A DNA stretch of 64,000 nucleotides, from NCBI GenBank assembly GCA_905182015.1, contig CAJIZT010000005.1:4312-68311 (forward strand), read 5' to 3'. The notes below the pieces were generated by a model, which searched no databases, was not told where the DNA came from, and saw only the letters and a program-made list of their open reading frames with translations. The position numbers and the translations under genes are program-made. Below, in pieces: positions 13,760 through 25,395 of this stretch (position 1 is its first letter; each line of letters opens with the position of its first letter). This DNA comes from an alpha proteobacterium MED-G09 (GTDB lineage Bacteria > Pseudomonadota > Alphaproteobacteria > MED-G09).

Positions 13760-14599
13760 ATGGCATTAAAAAAATATAAACCTACCAGCCCAGGTCAAAG
13801 AGGCCTTGTTCTTGTTGATAAATCTCATTTATCAAATGAGAGACCAATCAAGGCCTTAACAGAAGGGTTAACTGGAACAGGTGGCAGAAATAATAAAGGA
13901 AGGATGACTGCGCGAAGAAGGGGTGGTGGACACAAAAGACTTTATAGAAAAATTGACTTCAAAAGAAATAAACTTGATATTTCTGCAACTGTTGAAAGGT
14001 TAGAGTATGATCCAAATAGATCTGCTTTTATTGCATTGTTAAAGTATGATGACGGAGAGCTAAGCTATATTATTGCACCCCAAAGACTTTCTGAGGGTGA
14101 TAAAGTTATTTCTAGTGAAAAAGCTGATATTAAACCCGGTAATACGATGCCTATGAAAAAAATGCCAATTGGAACAATTATTCATAATATTGAAATGAAG
14201 CCAGGTAAAGGAGCTCAGCTTATTAGATCTGCAGGCACTTTTGCTCAATTGGTTGGTAGAGATCAAGGGATGGCGATATTAAAACTAACATCCGGAGAGC
14301 AAAGATTAATACCTGACGTATGTAAAGCTACAATTGGAGCTGTTTCAAATCCGGATAATTCTAATACAAAATTAGCTAAGGCGGGAAGAAATAGATGGAA
14401 AGGTAGGAGACCATCGGTGCGTGGCGTGGTTATGAATCCGGTAGACCATCCTCATGGTGGCGGTGAAGGTAAAACTTCCGGTGGTAGGCATCCGGTTACT
14501 CCTTGGGGTGTTCCAACTAAAGGTAAGAAAACTCGTTCCAACAAGGAGTCGGATAAATTTATTATTAAAAGTCGTCATCAAAAGAGAAAAAGAAGGTAA
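13760..14599 (+). CDS. rplB: 50S ribosomal protein L2
   Basis: 279 aa; conserved [15 protein letters not shown] motif. Confidence 0.96.
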   Translation: MALKKYKPTSPGQRGLVLVDKSHLSNERPIKALTEGLTGTGGRNNKGRMTARRRGGGHKRLYRKIDFKRNKLDISATVERLEYDPNRSAFIALLKYDDGELSYIIAPQRLSEGDKVISSEKADIKPGNTMPMKKMPIGTIIHNIEMKPGKGAQLIRSAGTFAQLVGRDQGMAILKLTSGEQRLIPDVCKATIGAVSNPDNSNTKLAKAGRNRWKGRRPSVRGVVMNPVDHPHGGGEGKTSGGRHPVTPWGVPTKGKKTRSNKESDKFIIKSRHQKRKRR

Positions 14600-14601
14600 T
14601 T

Positions 14602-14880
14602 ATGGCTAGATCAATCTGGAAAGGTCCCTTTGTGGATCAGTATATTTTAAAAAAAGCAGATGCTGCTAGAGCATCTGGACGTAAAGACGTTATAAAGATA
14701 TGGAGTAGAAGGTCTACAATTTTACCTCAGTTTGTTGGTCTTAATTTTGGGGTGTATAATGGACAAAAATTTATACCAGTTTTAATTTCCGAGGATATGG
14801 TTGGGCATAAATTTGGTGAATTTTCTCCTACAAGAACATACTACGGTCATATGGCAGATAAATCTGTAAAGAGAAGTTAG
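14602..14880 (+). CDS. rpsS: 30S ribosomal protein S19
   Basis: 92 aa, [12 protein letters not shown]... canonical S19. Confidence 0.95.
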   Translation: MARSIWKGPFVDQYILKKADAARASGRKDVIKIWSRRSTILPQFVGLNFGVYNGQKFIPVLISEDMVGHKFGEFSPTRTYYGHMADKSVKRS

Positions 14881-14882
14881 TT

Positions 14883-15272
14883 ATGAGTGATATTGATAAA
14901 ATAAAAGAAAAATCTGATATTAAAAGTGCAAAAGCAATTGGTAAAATGATCAGGACAAGTCCAATAAAGCTTAACGATGTTGTTAAAAATATTCGAGGAA
15001 AGAGAGTTGGCGATGCCCTTTCTCATCTTGAGTTTTCTAAGAAAAGAATTTCCAATGAAGCTAAAAAAATTTTAGAGAGTGCTATTGCTAATGCTGAAAA
15101 TAATCACTCTCTTGATATTGATAAGTTGTATATAGATGAGGCGTTTGTTGGAAAAAACTTAGTAATGAAAAGGTTTAGGCCTAGGGCTCGTGGACGAACC
15201 GGAAAAATACTTAAGCCTCACAGCCAATTAACCATCGTTCTTCGTGAAAAGATTTTAGAGGATAAGAAATAA
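14883..15272 (+). CDS. rplV: 50S ribosomal protein L22
   Basis: 129 aa; position between rpsS and rpsC; L22-like basic protein. Confidence 0.88.
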   Translation: MSDIDKIKEKSDIKSAKAIGKMIRTSPIKLNDVVKNIRGKRVGDALSHLEFSKKRISNEAKKILESAIANAENNHSLDIDKLYIDEAFVGKNLVMKRFRPRARGRTGKILKPHSQLTIVLREKILEDKK

Positions 15273-15967
15273 TGGGACAAAAAGTTAATCCAATTAGCAT
15301 GAGACTTGGAATCAATCGTACATGGGATTCTAGATGGTATGCTGGAAAAAATGAATACGGCAAGCTAATACAAGAAGATATTCAAATGAGGGCAATGATT
15401 GTTAAAGATCTTAAAAATGCCGCCATAGCGAATGTTATTATTGAAAGGCCTCATAAAAAGTGCTTGGTAACTATCCATTCTGGAAGGCCTGGCTTAATTA
15501 TCGGAAAGAAGGGTGCTGATATAGAGAACCTCAAAAAGAAACTACAAGCAATTACATTATCAGACGTAGTTGTTAACATTGTTGAGGTAAGAAAACCTGA
15601 GATAAACGCTACGCTTGTTGCGGAGAATATAGCGCAACAGCTTGAAAGAAGAATAGGCTTTAGAAGGGCTATGAAAAGATCGGTGCAATCTGCAATGCGA
15701 TTAGGCGCTCAAGGTATTAGAATAAATTGTGGCGGACGTCTTGGTGGCGCTGAAATAGCCAGAACAGAATGGTACAGGGAGGGGCGTGTTCCTCTTCATA
15801 CTCTCCGTTCGGATATTGATTATGGAGTTGCATCTGCTCATACAACCTATGGTATTTGTGGAATAAAAGTTTGGATTTTCTTAGGCGAGATAATGGAGCA
15901 TAACCCTAATATAAAAGATGAAAAATCTCCTCCGCAAGAAAACAACAAGTCGAGACCTAATAGTTAA
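15272..15967 (+). CDS. rpsC: 30S ribosomal protein S3
   Basis: 231 aa, [24 protein letters not shown] start; KH domain; C-terminal extension. Confidence 0.95.
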   Translation: MGQKVNPISMRLGINRTWDSRWYAGKNEYGKLIQEDIQMRAMIVKDLKNAAIANVIIERPHKKCLVTIHSGRPGLIIGKKGADIENLKKKLQAITLSDVVVNIVEVRKPEINATLVAENIAQQLERRIGFRRAMKRSVQSAMRLGAQGIRINCGGRLGGAEIARTEWYREGRVPLHTLRSDIDYGVASAHTTYGICGIKVWIFLGEIMEHNPNIKDEKSPPQENNKSRPNS

Positions 15968-15978
15968 GGATAGTTTTT

Positions 15979-16398
15979 ATGTTACAACCTAAAAAAACAA
16001 AATTTCGTAAAGCCCATAAGGGAAGAATAAAGGGTAATGCCAAAGGCGGTACAACTCTTAACTTTGGGTCTTATGGTCTCAAGGCTTTAACTGCAGATAG
16101 AATAACTGCAAGGCAGATTGAGGCAGCAAGAAGAGCTATTACAAGACATATGAAGAGAGCGGGTAGAGTTTGGATAAGAATATTTCCTGATGTTCCTGTA
16201 TCCAAAAAACCTACCGAAGTTAGAATGGGTAAGGGAAAGGGTACTCCAGAGTACTGGGCTGCTAGAGTAAAACCTGGAAGAATAATGTTTGAACTGGATG
16301 GAGTATCACCAGATGTTGCTAAAACAGCCCTAGAGCTTGGGTCTTCAAAACTTCCCGTTTTAACTAAAATTATTTCAAGACCTGGCGAAGAGGCATAA
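15979..16398 (+). CDS. rplP: 50S ribosomal protein L16
   Basis: 139 aa [16 protein letters not shown]... canonical L16. Confidence 0.95.
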   Translation: MLQPKKTKFRKAHKGRIKGNAKGGTTLNFGSYGLKALTADRITARQIEAARRAITRHMKRAGRVWIRIFPDVPVSKKPTEVRMGKGKGTPEYWAARVKPGRIMFELDGVSPDVAKTALELGSSKLPVLTKIISRPGEEA

Positions 16399-16399
16399 G

Positions 16400-16609
16400 A
16401 TGGCAAAGAAAGAAAAAGATATAAAAGATATGAGCTTTGATGAGTTAGAAGATTCTTTAAAGTCACTAAAGAAAGAGATTTTTAATATTAATATACAAAA
16501 AATGGCTGGTCAATTTGAGGATACATCTCAAATTTCTAAGAAAAAGAAAAATATTGCAAGAGTAAAAACTATGATAAGTAAAAATAAAAAAGAGGTGAGT
16601 AATGCCTAA
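16400..16609 (+). CDS. rpmC: 50S ribosomal protein L29
   Basis: 69 aa, size and position between rplP and rpsQ. Confidence 0.85.
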   Translation: MAKKEKDIKDMSFDELEDSLKSLKKEIFNINIQKMAGQFEDTSQISKKKKNIARVKTMISKNKKEVSNA

Positions 16610-16832
16610 AAGAATATTAAAGGGAGTTGTTGTCAGTGATAAAGCCGACAAAACAATAACCGTTTCAGTAGAAAGAAGATTTACTGACCCGTTATTTAAA
16701 AAAACGGTCAGAAGCTCAAAAAAATACATGACGCATGACGAAGGTAATAAATTTAAAATTGGTGATTTGGTTCAAATAAGAGAGTGTAAACCTCTCTCCA
16801 AATCAAAAACATGGGAAGTAATAGGCGAATAG
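16602..16832 (+). CDS. rpsQ: 30S ribosomal protein S17
   Basis: 76 aa, [14 protein letters not shown]... S17 signature; 8-nt overlap with rpmC. Confidence 0.92.
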   Translation: MPKRILKGVVVSDKADKTITVSVERRFTDPLFKKTVRSSKKYMTHDEGNKFKIGDLVQIRECKPLSKSKTWEVIGE

Positions 16833-16856
16833 TCTTTATTTATAAGGTTTCTTGAT

Positions 16857-17225
16857 ATGATACAAATGCAAACAAAATTAGATGTTGCCGATAACTCTGG
16901 CGCAAAGCAGGTACAGTGCATTAAAGTTCTTGGTGGATCCAAGAGAAGAACGGCTTCTGTTGGGGATATAATAGTTGTTTCAGTTAAGGAGGCTATTCCT
17001 CGTGGTAAGGTAAAAAAAGGTGAGGTTCTTAAGGCTGTTATTGTTCGTACAAGAAAAGAAATTCGTCGTAATGACGGTACTGCAATAAGGTTTGATTCAA
17101 ATGCTGCCGTCCTAGTAAATGCTAATGGTGAGCCTCTTGGAACACGTATTTTTGGACCAGTGACAAGGGAGCTTCGTACTAAAAAATTAATGAAAATCGT
17201 CTCATTAGCTCCGGAGGTTATATAG
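16857..17225 (+). CDS. rplN: 50S ribosomal protein L14
   Basis: 122 aa [17 protein letters not shown]... canonical L14. Confidence 0.96.
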   Translation: MIQMQTKLDVADNSGAKQVQCIKVLGGSKRRTASVGDIIVVSVKEAIPRGKVKKGEVLKAVIVRTRKEIRRNDGTAIRFDSNAAVLVNANGEPLGTRIFGPVTRELRTKKLMKIVSLAPEVI

Positions 17226-17226
17226 A

Positions 17227-17553
17227 ATGTCAGCAAAAATTAAAAAGGGTGACAAAGTTTTTGTTATGTCCGGTAAAGATAAGGGTAAAGAGGGCGAGGT
17301 AACAAAAGTTATAAAAATTTCTGACTCCCAAGACAAAGCTCTTGTTCAGGGCGTTAACCTTGTTAAGAGACATAGGAAGCCTTCTCAGGATAGTGCAGGC
17401 GGAATAATTTCCGAAGAAAGACCTGTTCAGATATCAAATCTTATGATTGTTGACCCAAAAACAAAAAAACCTTCGCGGGTTGGGTTTAAGTTAGATAAGG
17501 ATGGAAATAAAGTTCGTTTTGCAAAAAAATCAGGTGAGGTTTTAAATGGTTGA
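17227..17553 (+). CDS. rplX: 50S ribosomal protein L24
   Basis: 108 aa, [23 protein letters not shown] motif. Confidence 0.93.
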   Translation: MSAKIKKGDKVFVMSGKDKGKEGEVTKVIKISDSQDKALVQGVNLVKRHRKPSQDSAGGIISEERPVQISNLMIVDPKTKKPSRVGFKLDKDGNKVRFAKKSGEVLNG

Positions 17554-18115
17554 TACTTCAAATTACACCCCCAGACTTCAACTGAAATATAATGAAAAGT
17601 TTCAAGAAGATCTACTAAAGAGTTTAAATCTTAATAATATTTTAGAAGTTCCTAAACTCACTAAGGTTGTTATTAATATCGGAGCTGGAAGTCAAGCTGT
17701 CTCCGACAGTAAGAAGGTTAATGATGCTGTTTCTGCCCTTGAGTTAATTTCTGGTCAAAAGCCAGTTAAAACAAAAGCTAAAAAGGCGATTGCCGGATTT
17801 AAGTTAAGAGAAGGTATGGCTGTAGGTGCAAAAGTTACCCTAAGAAAGAGTGTTATGTATGAGTTTATAGATAGACTTGTCACTATAGCGCTTCCTAGGG
17901 TAAGAGACTTTGAAGGTTTAAACCCTAAAAGCTTCGATGGTAATGGTAATTATGCCTTTGGGATTAAAGAGCACTTAATATTTCCTGAAATAGACTATGA
18001 GTCTGTTGCTGAAATTTGGGGCATGGATATTATTATAAATACTACTGCGAGAACAGATGATGAAGCTCTAGCTTTATTAAAAAGTTTTAATTTTCCTATT
18101 AGAAAAAAGAAATAA
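17546..18115 (+). CDS. rplE: 50S ribosomal protein L5
   Basis: 189 aa; L5-like; overlaps rplX by 8 nt. Confidence 0.93.
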   Translation: MVDTSNYTPRLQLKYNEKFQEDLLKSLNLNNILEVPKLTKVVINIGAGSQAVSDSKKVNDAVSALELISGQKPVKTKAKKAIAGFKLREGMAVGAKVTLRKSVMYEFIDRLVTIALPRVRDFEGLNPKSFDGNGNYAFGIKEHLIFPEIDYESVAEIWGMDIIINTTARTDDEALALLKSFNFPIRKKK

Positions 18116-18125
18116 GGACATTTAG

Positions 18126-18431
18126 ATGGCAAAAGTAAGCATGGTACAAAGAGATTTAAAGAGAAGAAAATTATACGCTAAGTATAAAGATAAGAGAGAG
18201 AGTCTTTTGTCGAAATCAAAAGATAAAAATATTTCTACTGAAGAAAGATTTGAGGCACGCTTAAAGTTGGCACAGCTTCCTAGAAATTCTTCAAAAAATA
18301 GAATTCGTAATAGATGTCTTCTTACTGGACGTCCAAGAGGTGTTTATAGAAAATTTGGTTTATCAAGAATTGCTTTTAGAGAATTAGCTTCAGACGGCAA
18401 GTTGCCGGGTGTAGTTAAGTCAAGTTGGTGA
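18126..18431 (+). CDS. rpsN: 30S ribosomal protein S14 (long, non-zinc form)
   Basis: 101 aa [16 protein letters not shown]..., C-terminal [17 protein letters not shown]. Confidence 0.94.
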   Translation: MAKVSMVQRDLKRRKLYAKYKDKRESLLSKSKDKNISTEERFEARLKLAQLPRNSSKNRIRNRCLLTGRPRGVYRKFGLSRIAFRELASDGKLPGVVKSSW

Positions 18432-18438
18432 GGTTATA

Positions 18439-18837
18439 ATGAATATTAATGATCCGATCGGGGATATGATTACAAGAATTAGAAATGCTCACATGAGAGG
18501 GAAGGAGCTTGTAGAGTCGCCTTCCTCTACTCTTAGGGTAAGTGTTCTTGAAGTTCTTAAAGATGAAGGCTTTATCAGGGGCTACTCAGAGAGCGAAAGG
18601 GATACTGGACAATCTGAAATACAGATAGAGTTAAAATATCATGATGGTGATCCTGTGATTAAAGAGATTATCAGAATATCCAAACCAGGAAGAAGGGTTT
18701 ATTCTTCAGTCAAGAGCATGCCTTTAATAAGAAATGGTCTTGGTATTTCAGTTGTTTCTACACCAAAAGGAGTTATGTCAGATTCATCTGCTCGTAATGA
18801 AAATGTTGGTGGAGAAATTTTATGCACAGTTTTTTAG
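18439..18837 (+). CDS. rpsH: 30S ribosomal protein S8
   Basis: 132 aa, [13 protein letters not shown] start typical of S8. Confidence 0.95.
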   Translation: MNINDPIGDMITRIRNAHMRGKELVESPSSTLRVSVLEVLKDEGFIRGYSESERDTGQSEIQIELKYHDGDPVIKEIIRISKPGRRVYSSVKSMPLIRNGLGISVVSTPKGVMSDSSARNENVGGEILCTVF

Positions 18838-18853
18838 TCAATTGAGGTTTTGA

Positions 18854-19387
18854 ATGTCTAGAATTGGAAAAAAGATTATCGATATACCTGATGGGGTTAA
18901 TATTATCATTAGCGATTCAAATATAATTACATCTGGACCCAAGGGTGAGCTATCTTGTGAAAATTTTTCTGGTACAACGGTTGTCCAAAAGGATGGTCAG
19001 ATAACAGTTGCTCCTATTGATGATTCTCAGGCTAGTATTCAGTATTGGGGAATTCAGAGAACTCTCTTAAATAATAATATTATTGGAGTTACTGAGGGGT
19101 ATAAAAAAACATTAGAGATTAATGGAGTTGGTTATAAAGCTCAAATGAAGGGCAGCAATATTCAATTATCCCTTGGCTTTAGTCACGACATAAACTATGA
19201 AACTCCAAAGGGAATTAAGATTGAAGCTACTACGCCAACGGAAATTATTATTAGTGGAATCGATAAACAGAAGGTTGGCCAGGTTGCTGCTGAGCTTAGA
19301 AGCTACAGGCCGCCAGAGCCTTACAAAGGAAAGGGCGTTAAATACAAAGATGAGTTTATTTTTAGAAAAGAAGGTAAAAAGAAGTAA
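18854..19387 (+). CDS. rplF: 50S ribosomal protein L6
   Basis: 177 aa [15 protein letters not shown]... canonical L6. Confidence 0.95.
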   Translation: MSRIGKKIIDIPDGVNIIISDSNIITSGPKGELSCENFSGTTVVQKDGQITVAPIDDSQASIQYWGIQRTLLNNNIIGVTEGYKKTLEINGVGYKAQMKGSNIQLSLGFSHDINYETPKGIKIEATTPTEIIISGIDKQKVGQVAAELRSYRPPEPYKGKGVKYKDEFIFRKEGKKK

Positions 19388-19392
19388 ATATT

Positions 19393-19743
19393 ATGGTTAC
19401 TAAATTAGAGATATTAAAAAGAAAAACGCGTGTTAGAAAAAAACTTAAAAAGTCCTCATCAGACAAGATGAGACTTTCGGTTTTTAGATCCTTAAAGCAT
19501 ATCTATGCTCAGGTTATCGACGATGCTAGCGGTATTACTGTTGTTTCAGCATCTTCTTTAGAAAAGTCATCTTCAAGTTTAGGATCAAATATTGAATCAG
19601 CATCAAAAGTTGGTTCTGAAATAGCAAAGAAAGCTATTAAAGCCGGTGTGAAAGAGGTGTATTTTGATCGAGGTTGTTATAAATATCACGGCCGTGTTAA
19701 AGCATTAGCTGATAACGCAAGAGAAGCCGGGTTAAAATTTTAG
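19393..19743 (+). CDS. rplR: 50S ribosomal protein L18
   Basis: 116 aa; position and C-terminal [22 protein letters not shown] motif. Confidence 0.92.
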   Translation: MVTKLEILKRKTRVRKKLKKSSSDKMRLSVFRSLKHIYAQVIDDASGITVVSASSLEKSSSSLGSNIESASKVGSEIAKKAIKAGVKEVYFDRGCYKYHGRVKALADNAREAGLKF

Positions 19744-19752
19744 GAGAATCTA

Positions 19753-20313
19753 TTGTCTACGTATGAAAAAAATCAAAGAGACGAAAGGGATAGTGAGTTT
19801 ATTGATCGCCTGGTATTTATCAACAGAGTATCAACTGTTGTTAAAGGCGGACGTAGGTTTAGTTTTGCCGCTCTTGTAGTTGTTGGTGACCAAAAAGGGC
19901 ATGTGGGTTTTGGCCACGGCAAGGCAAGAGAAGTGCCTGAGGCTATTAAAAAAGCTACAGATGCAGCTAAAGCATCCATGATTAAAGTTCCTCTAAAAGA
20001 AGGAAGAACTCTCCATCACGATATTGAGGGGCGTCATGGGGCAGGCAAGGTTATATTAAGATCAGCACCTCCAGGAACAGGAATTATTGCAGGTGGACCA
20101 ATGCGTGCGGTTTTTGAAGTTTTAGGAGTTCAGGATGTTGTAGCTAAATCCATTGGTTCTTCAAATCCTTATAATATGGTGAGAGCTACTATTATAGCGC
20201 TTGGAAAAGTTAATAGCCCTAGGCAGATTGCGGCCAGAAGAGGCAAGAAGGTTAGTGAGGTAATTAGTCAACGTGTTTCCGAAAGTGTTTCCGAAAACGA
20301 ACTATCTGCATAA
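19753..20313 (+). CDS. rpsE: 30S ribosomal protein S5
   Basis: 186 aa; [18 protein letters not shown] dsRBD and S5 C-domain; C-terminal tail. Confidence 0.95.
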   Translation: MSTYEKNQRDERDSEFIDRLVFINRVSTVVKGGRRFSFAALVVVGDQKGHVGFGHGKAREVPEAIKKATDAAKASMIKVPLKEGRTLHHDIEGRHGAGKVILRSAPPGTGIIAGGPMRAVFEVLGVQDVVAKSIGSSNPYNMVRATIIALGKVNSPRQIAARRGKKVSEVISQRVSESVSENELSA

Positions 20314-20322
20314 GGTAAAAAA

Positions 20323-20511
20323 ATGGCATCTAAGAAAATTACAATAGAACAAATAGGTAGTGCGCTAAGAAGGAGCCCTGATCAAAAGCAAACTTTAGTT
20401 GGTCTTGGTCTAAATAAGATGCATAGAGTGAGGGTTCTTGAAGATACGAATTCTATTAGAGGAATGATTAAAAAGGTTAGTCACCTTGTTAAAATCATTA
20501 ATGAGGAATAG
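20323..20511 (+). CDS. rpmD: 50S ribosomal protein L30
   Basis: 62 aa; size and position between rpsE and rplO. Confidence 0.85.
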   Translation: MASKKITIEQIGSALRRSPDQKQTLVGLGLNKMHRVRVLEDTNSIRGMIKKVSHLVKIINEE

Positions 20512-20515
20512 TTAA

Positions 20516-21127
20516 ATGAGATTAAATGAACTTAGAGATAACCCTAATGCCAGAAAATCACGGACTCGTGTTGGCAGGGGGATTGGATCAGGCAAAGGAA
20601 AGACTGCTGGTAGGGGCCATAAAGGGCAAAAATCGAGATCTGGTGTTGCAATAAAGGGATTCGAAGGTGGGCAAATGCCCATTCATATGCGTTTACCAAA
20701 AAGAGGGTTTAATAATTATACTCGCAAAGAATTTGCTGAACTAACATTAGGTAATCTTCAGGCCGCTATATCTAAAGGCGTGGTTGACGCGTCCAAGCCA
20801 ATTACTGAGTTAGAGCTAAATGCTGCTGGTATCGTAAAGAAAAGCAAGGATGGTATAAAGCTTCTTAATAAAGGTGAAATTAAAGAAAAAATTGAAATTT
20901 CTTTATCAAAAGCTACTAAATCCTGCATCAAGATAATCGAAGACCTTGGAGGTAAGATTGAGACTTTGGAAAAGCCAAAAGTTAAAAGAATAAGAAAGAA
21001 AAACTCCCTACCTAAGAGCGAACAAACAAAAGAAAAAGTGAATGTAGAATCCTCATCTAATGATAGTGAGGCGGTTAAAGATAAAGAGGTTGTCGAATCT
21101 TCTTCGCAAGAGACGGCAGATAAATAA
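20516..21127 (+). CDS. rplO: 50S ribosomal protein L15 with a roughly 55-aa K/S/E-rich C-terminal extension
   Basis: 203 aa; N-terminal 145 aa are L15-like (GRGIGSGKGKTAGRGHKGQKSR). The tail from about 20950 onward is low complexity (KVKRIRKKNSLPKSEQTKEKVNVESSSNDSEAVKDKEVVESSSQETADK). Confidence 0.9.
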   Translation: MRLNELRDNPNARKSRTRVGRGIGSGKGKTAGRGHKGQKSRSGVAIKGFEGGQMPIHMRLPKRGFNNYTRKEFAELTLGNLQAAISKGVVDASKPITELELNAAGIVKKSKDGIKLLNKGEIKEKIEISLSKATKSCIKIIEDLGGKIETLEKPKVKRIRKKNSLPKSEQTKEKVNVESSSNDSEAVKDKEVVESSSQETADK

Positions 21128-21129
21128 TA

Positions 21130-22464
21130 ATGGCTTCAGTTGCCGAACAATTAGCATCTAATATAAGTCTCTCTGCCCTGAAAAGTGCTACTGAGCTAAG
21201 AAAGAGGATTTGGTTTACGATTATTGCACTTATAGTGTATAGATTCGGAACTTATTTACCTCTTCCCGGTATAGATCTCGATGCTTTACGACAAATATTT
21301 GAACAAAATCAATCAGGAATAATTGGTGTCTTCAATATGTTTTCTGGAGGTGCGGTAGGCCGTATGGCTATTTTTTCTCTTGGGATAATGCCCTACATTA
21401 CCGCATCTATTATTATACAGCTGATTGTACCTGTTATACCTTCACTGAATTATCTTAAAAAAGAGGCTGGAGAAAGAGGCAGAAGGCAGATAAATCAGTA
21501 CACCCGTTATGCAACTGTTTTCTTGGCTACAATTCAAGCATGGGGCATTGCTGTTGGGCTAGAAGGCGCTACAGGCGTTGTAGTCGATCCTGGTTTATTT
21601 TTTAAAGTTTCGGCAGTAATAACGCTTGTTGGCGGAACAATATTTCTTATGTGGCTGGGCGAACAAATAACGGCTAATGGTTTGGGTAACGGAATATCGT
21701 TACTTATCTTTGCTGGTATTGTAGCGGAGCTTCCAAGCGCTCTTTTTGGAACAATAGAGCTAGGAAGGCAAGGAGCTCTATCAATCGGCCTGATGTTTGG
21801 TCTTTTGATTTTAGTCCTTTCTACAATAGCATTTGTTGTATTTATAGAGCGGGCTCAAAGAAGACTCTTAGTCCAATACCCTAAACGACAAGTTGGAAAT
21901 AAAATGTTTGGGGGTGATAATTCTCATCTTCCATTAAAATTAAACACTTCTGGAGTTATTCCGGCAATATTTGCCTCTTCATTGCTGCTAATGCCTATTA
22001 CGATTGCAAATTTTTCAGCCGGTCAGGGACCTGATTGGGTCAACAGTGTTACTGCGCTCCTGGGAAGAGGACAGCCACTTTATATGATGGTGTATGCAGC
22101 CCTTATAGTCTTCTTTTGTTATTTTTATACAGCGATAGTATTTAATCCAGAGGACACTGCTGATAATCTAAAAAAACAGGGTGGCTTCATTCCGGGTATT
22201 AGACCTGGCGAAAGAACAGCTCAGTATATTGACTTTGTCTTAACTAGACTAACAGTAGTTGGATCTATCTACCTTGTTTTAGTTTGTTTACTTCCAGAGT
22301 TTTTAATTTCACGATTTGCTGTACCATTTTATTTTGGCGGTACTTCAATTCTTATCATTGTTAATGTTGCAATGGACACCATGACTCAATTTCAAGGGTA
22401 TTTGTTTGCACATCAGTATGAAGGTTTGTTAAAGAAGTCTAAACTTGGCAGTAGGAAACGCTAA
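21130..22464 (+). CDS. secY: Preprotein translocase subunit SecY
   Basis: 444 aa polytopic membrane protein at the canonical rplO-secY-adk position. Confidence 0.95.
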   Translation: MASVAEQLASNISLSALKSATELRKRIWFTIIALIVYRFGTYLPLPGIDLDALRQIFEQNQSGIIGVFNMFSGGAVGRMAIFSLGIMPYITASIIIQLIVPVIPSLNYLKKEAGERGRRQINQYTRYATVFLATIQAWGIAVGLEGATGVVVDPGLFFKVSAVITLVGGTIFLMWLGEQITANGLGNGISLLIFAGIVAELPSALFGTIELGRQGALSIGLMFGLLILVLSTIAFVVFIERAQRRLLVQYPKRQVGNKMFGGDNSHLPLKLNTSGVIPAIFASSLLLMPITIANFSAGQGPDWVNSVTALLGRGQPLYMMVYAALIVFFCYFYTAIVFNPEDTADNLKKQGGFIPGIRPGERTAQYIDFVLTRLTVVGSIYLVLVCLLPEFLISRFAVPFYFGGTSILIIVNVAMDTMTQFQGYLFAHQYEGLLKKSKLGSRKR

Positions 22465-23042
22465 TGATTATAATTCTCTTAGGACCGCCTGGCGCTGGGA
22501 AAGGAACTCAAGCTAGCTTTATAGAGAAGGAGTTTGGTATTACTCATATATCAACAGGACACATGTTGCGTGAGGCCGTTAAAGGTCAAACACCCCTAGG
22601 AGTTATAGCAAAGGAAATCATGGCAAGAGGTGACTACGTTCCCGATGATTTACTCTTAAAAATAATTAAAGAGAGAGTGGAAAAAACTGATTGCGATAAT
22701 GGTTTTATTTTAGATGGGTATCCTAGAAATGAAGTTCAAGCAGAATCACTTGATGTTATATTGAGAGAGGTTAATCGAAATATTGACGCAATTATTCAGA
22801 TAGATGTAGATTTTTCTGTTCTTGAAGAGAGGATCGAGGGTAGGTCTCAAGAAAAGAATACTGAAATAAGAGAAGATGATAATTTACAAGTAATGAAAAA
22901 AAGATTACAAGTGTACATTGAACAAACTGAACCTTTGATATCTTACTACTCAAAACATAAAAAATTTATTGTTATCAATGGTATGGGTGATATATCTAAA
23001 GTTTCAGGAGATATTAAGGTTAATTTAAGTAAAGTGAAATAG
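22464..23042 (+). CDS. adk: Adenylate kinase (short-lid type)
   Basis: 192 aa, P-loop GPPGAGKGTQ; TAATG start/stop overlap with secY. Confidence 0.93.
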   Translation: MIIILLGPPGAGKGTQASFIEKEFGITHISTGHMLREAVKGQTPLGVIAKEIMARGDYVPDDLLLKIIKERVEKTDCDNGFILDGYPRNEVQAESLDVILREVNRNIDAIIQIDVDFSVLEERIEGRSQEKNTEIREDDNLQVMKKRLQVYIEQTEPLISYYSKHKKFIVINGMGDISKVSGDIKVNLSKVK

Positions 23043-23112
23043 TCTGTTGACTGTTTGGTTTTCAGGGATATAATTCGCGATTCTATACAGCATCGTTTTT
23101 TCGGAGGTTTTT

Positions 23113-23481
23113 TTGGCACGTATCGCAGGTATTAATATACCAACCAATAAAAAGGTATTCGTAGGTTTAACTTACATTAGAGGCATTGGGCCTAAGGTCG
23201 CTTCTGATATATGTGAAAAAGCCAACATACCTTCTGAACGAAGAGTAAATCAATTAACAGACTCTGAAGTTATACAGATTAGAGAAATAATTGAAGGTAA
23301 TTACAAGGTTGAAGGTGAGCTTAGACGTGAAGTATCAACAAACATAAAAAGACTTATGGATTTAGGTAATTACAGAGGCTTGCGTCATAGAAAAGGACTT
23401 CCAGTGAGAGGTCAAAGAACCCATACAAACGCAAGAACTAGAAAAGGTCCTGCTAAATCAATTGCAGGTAAGAAAAAATAA
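23113..23481 (+). CDS. rpsM: 30S ribosomal protein S13
   Basis: 122 aa ARIAGINIP... canonical S13. Apparent TTG start at 23113 preceded by GGAGG with a 5-nt spacer. Confidence 0.93.
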   Translation: MARIAGINIPTNKKVFVGLTYIRGIGPKVASDICEKANIPSERRVNQLTDSEVIQIREIIEGNYKVEGELRREVSTNIKRLMDLGNYRGLRHRKGLPVRGQRTHTNARTRKGPAKSIAGKKK

Positions 23482-23505
23482 ATATAATAATTTAGGTTTA
23501 AAACA

Positions 23506-23895
23506 ATGGCTGATGACAAAAAAAAAGTAAAGCGTCGTGATAAGAAAAATGTACCCAATGGCGTGGCGCATGTAAATTCTACTTTTAATAACACAATGAT
23601 AACTATTGCTGACGAAAGAGGCGATACAGTGGCTTGGTCATCTGCTGGTTTGATGGGATTCAAAGGGTCAAGAAAATCTACCCCATTTGCTGCTCAAATG
23701 GCAGCTGAGGATGTGGGAGCAAAAGCAAAAGAACACGGTGTTAAGGTCCTCAAGGTAGAGGTTCAAGGGCCTGGTTCAGGAAGGGAAAGTGCATTAAGGG
23801 CTCTTCAGTCTATAGGCTTTACAATAACATCAATTAAGGATGTTACTTCTATACCGCATAATGGATGTCGACCCCCTAAAAGACGTCGTGTGTAA
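23506..23895 (+). CDS. rpsK: 30S ribosomal protein S11
   Basis: 129 aa; [18 protein letters not shown]... canonical S11. Confidence 0.95.
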   Translation: MADDKKKVKRRDKKNVPNGVAHVNSTFNNTMITIADERGDTVAWSSAGLMGFKGSRKSTPFAAQMAAEDVGAKAKEHGVKVLKVEVQGPGSGRESALRALQSIGFTITSIKDVTSIPHNGCRPPKRRRV

Positions 23896-23937
23896 ATAAA
23901 AATTTAAGTAAGAACTAATTAATAATGTGAGGTTAAT

Positions 23938-24957
23938 GTGATTATTGAGAAAAATTGGCGTGAACTCCTAAAACCAAGTGAAATAAATCTTAACCCAGGT
24001 CAAGAGCCTGAGAAGTTTTCTAAAATAACTGTCGAACCTCTGGAGAGAGGTTATGGAACAACATTAGGTAATGCTTTGAGAAGGGTTTTGCTTTCATCTC
24101 TTCAGGGTGCTGCAGTTTTTGGGATAAAAATTGACGGTGTATTGCATGAATTTTCATCAATAAATGGTGTTAGGGAGGATGTGACTGATATAGTTTTAAA
24201 TACGAAAAAAATTATTTTTAGAGCGGATTTCTCAGGAATCAAAAGACTAACGATTGAAAAAACTGGCCCAGGTGTTGTTACTGCAGGTGATATTAATTTA
24301 ACGGATGATATCGAAGTAGTTAATCCTGATTTAGTTTTATGTACCTTGGATGAGAACTCCTCTATTCGTGTTGAACTTTCTATTAAAACAGGAAATGGAT
24401 ATGTTCCTGCCGAGCAAAACCGTGACGAGGATAGCCCGATTGGAATGATACCGGTTGACAGTCTCTTTAGTCCCGTTACTAACGTTGCATACCGTGTAGA
24501 GAATGCTAGAGAAGGCGAATCTCTTGATTATGATAGGTTGACTCTTGAGGTTGAAACAAATGGCTCTGTGGCTCCTGAGGATGCTGTAGCGTTTTCAGCA
24601 AGAATTTTACAGGATCAATTAATGCCTTTCATTAACTTTGATGAACCCGAGGAAGAGATCATTGAAGAAGATGAGAGCGAGTTAGAATTTAATGCCGCCC
24701 TCCTCAAGAAGGTTGACGAATTAGAGCTTTCAGTTAGGTCTGCAAATTGTCTTAAAAATGACAGTATTGTTTATATTGGCGATTTAATTTTAAAAAGTGA
24801 AAATGAAATGCTGAGAACTCCAAATTTTGGAAGAAAATCACTAAATGAAATAAAAGAAGTATTAACTGAGATGGGGCTTACTCTTGGGATGGATATTCCT
24901 AGCTGGCCTCCAGAGAATGTCGATGAGCTTGCAAGAAAAGCATCTGATAAATTTTAA
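23938..24957 (+). CDS. rpoA: DNA-directed RNA polymerase subunit alpha
   Basis: 339 aa; NTD and CTD ([13 protein letters not shown]) conserved; apparent GTG start with upstream GAGG. Confidence 0.95.
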   Translation: MIIEKNWRELLKPSEINLNPGQEPEKFSKITVEPLERGYGTTLGNALRRVLLSSLQGAAVFGIKIDGVLHEFSSINGVREDVTDIVLNTKKIIFRADFSGIKRLTIEKTGPGVVTAGDINLTDDIEVVNPDLVLCTLDENSSIRVELSIKTGNGYVPAEQNRDEDSPIGMIPVDSLFSPVTNVAYRVENAREGESLDYDRLTLEVETNGSVAPEDAVAFSARILQDQLMPFINFDEPEEEIIEEDESELEFNAALLKKVDELELSVRSANCLKNDSIVYIGDLILKSENEMLRTPNFGRKSLNEIKEVLTEMGLTLGMDIPSWPPENVDELARKASDKF

Positions 24958-24972
24958 TTAATAGGTAGATAA

Positions 24973-25395
24973 ATGCGTCATAAAGTATCAAAACGTAAAT
25001 TAAATAGAACTTCAAGTCACAGAAAAGCTCTTTTAGCTAATATGGCTGTGGCACTTATTAAGCACGAGCAAATTAAAACAACACTTCCCAAGGCTAAGGA
25101 GCTTGCGCCGTATGTCGATAAGCTTATCACCCTTGGAAAAAAAGGCGATCTTAATGCGAGAAGAAAGCTCTATTCTATTGTGCCTGAGAACCAGTGGGGT
25201 GCAAAAGTTTTCGATATACTTGCGGACAGGTATAAGGAGAGAAAAGGCGGATATACTCGCATAATGAAAGCTGGCTTTCGTTATGGAGATTCAGCTCCTA
25301 TGGCTGTTATTGAGCTTGTTGACAGGGATATAGAGGCTTTAGGACAGGATTCTGGTCCTGTAATTGAGAAAAAAGTTGATGACGAAGAGGCGTAA
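24973..25395 (+). CDS. rplQ: 50S ribosomal protein L17
   Basis: 140 aa [25 protein letters not shown]... canonical L17. Confidence 0.95.
   Translation: MRHKVSKRKLNRTSSHRKALLANMAVALIKHEQIKTTLPKAKELAPYVDKLITLGKKGDLNARRKLYSIVPENQWGAKVFDILADRYKERKGGYTRIMKAGFRYGDSAPMAVIELVDRDIEALGQDSGPVIEKKVDDEEA

Noticed and set aside
19197-19403. 68-aa ORF overlapping the rplF 3' end in another frame
   Set aside because: Out of frame with and nested in rplF/rplR; no SD; chance ORF.
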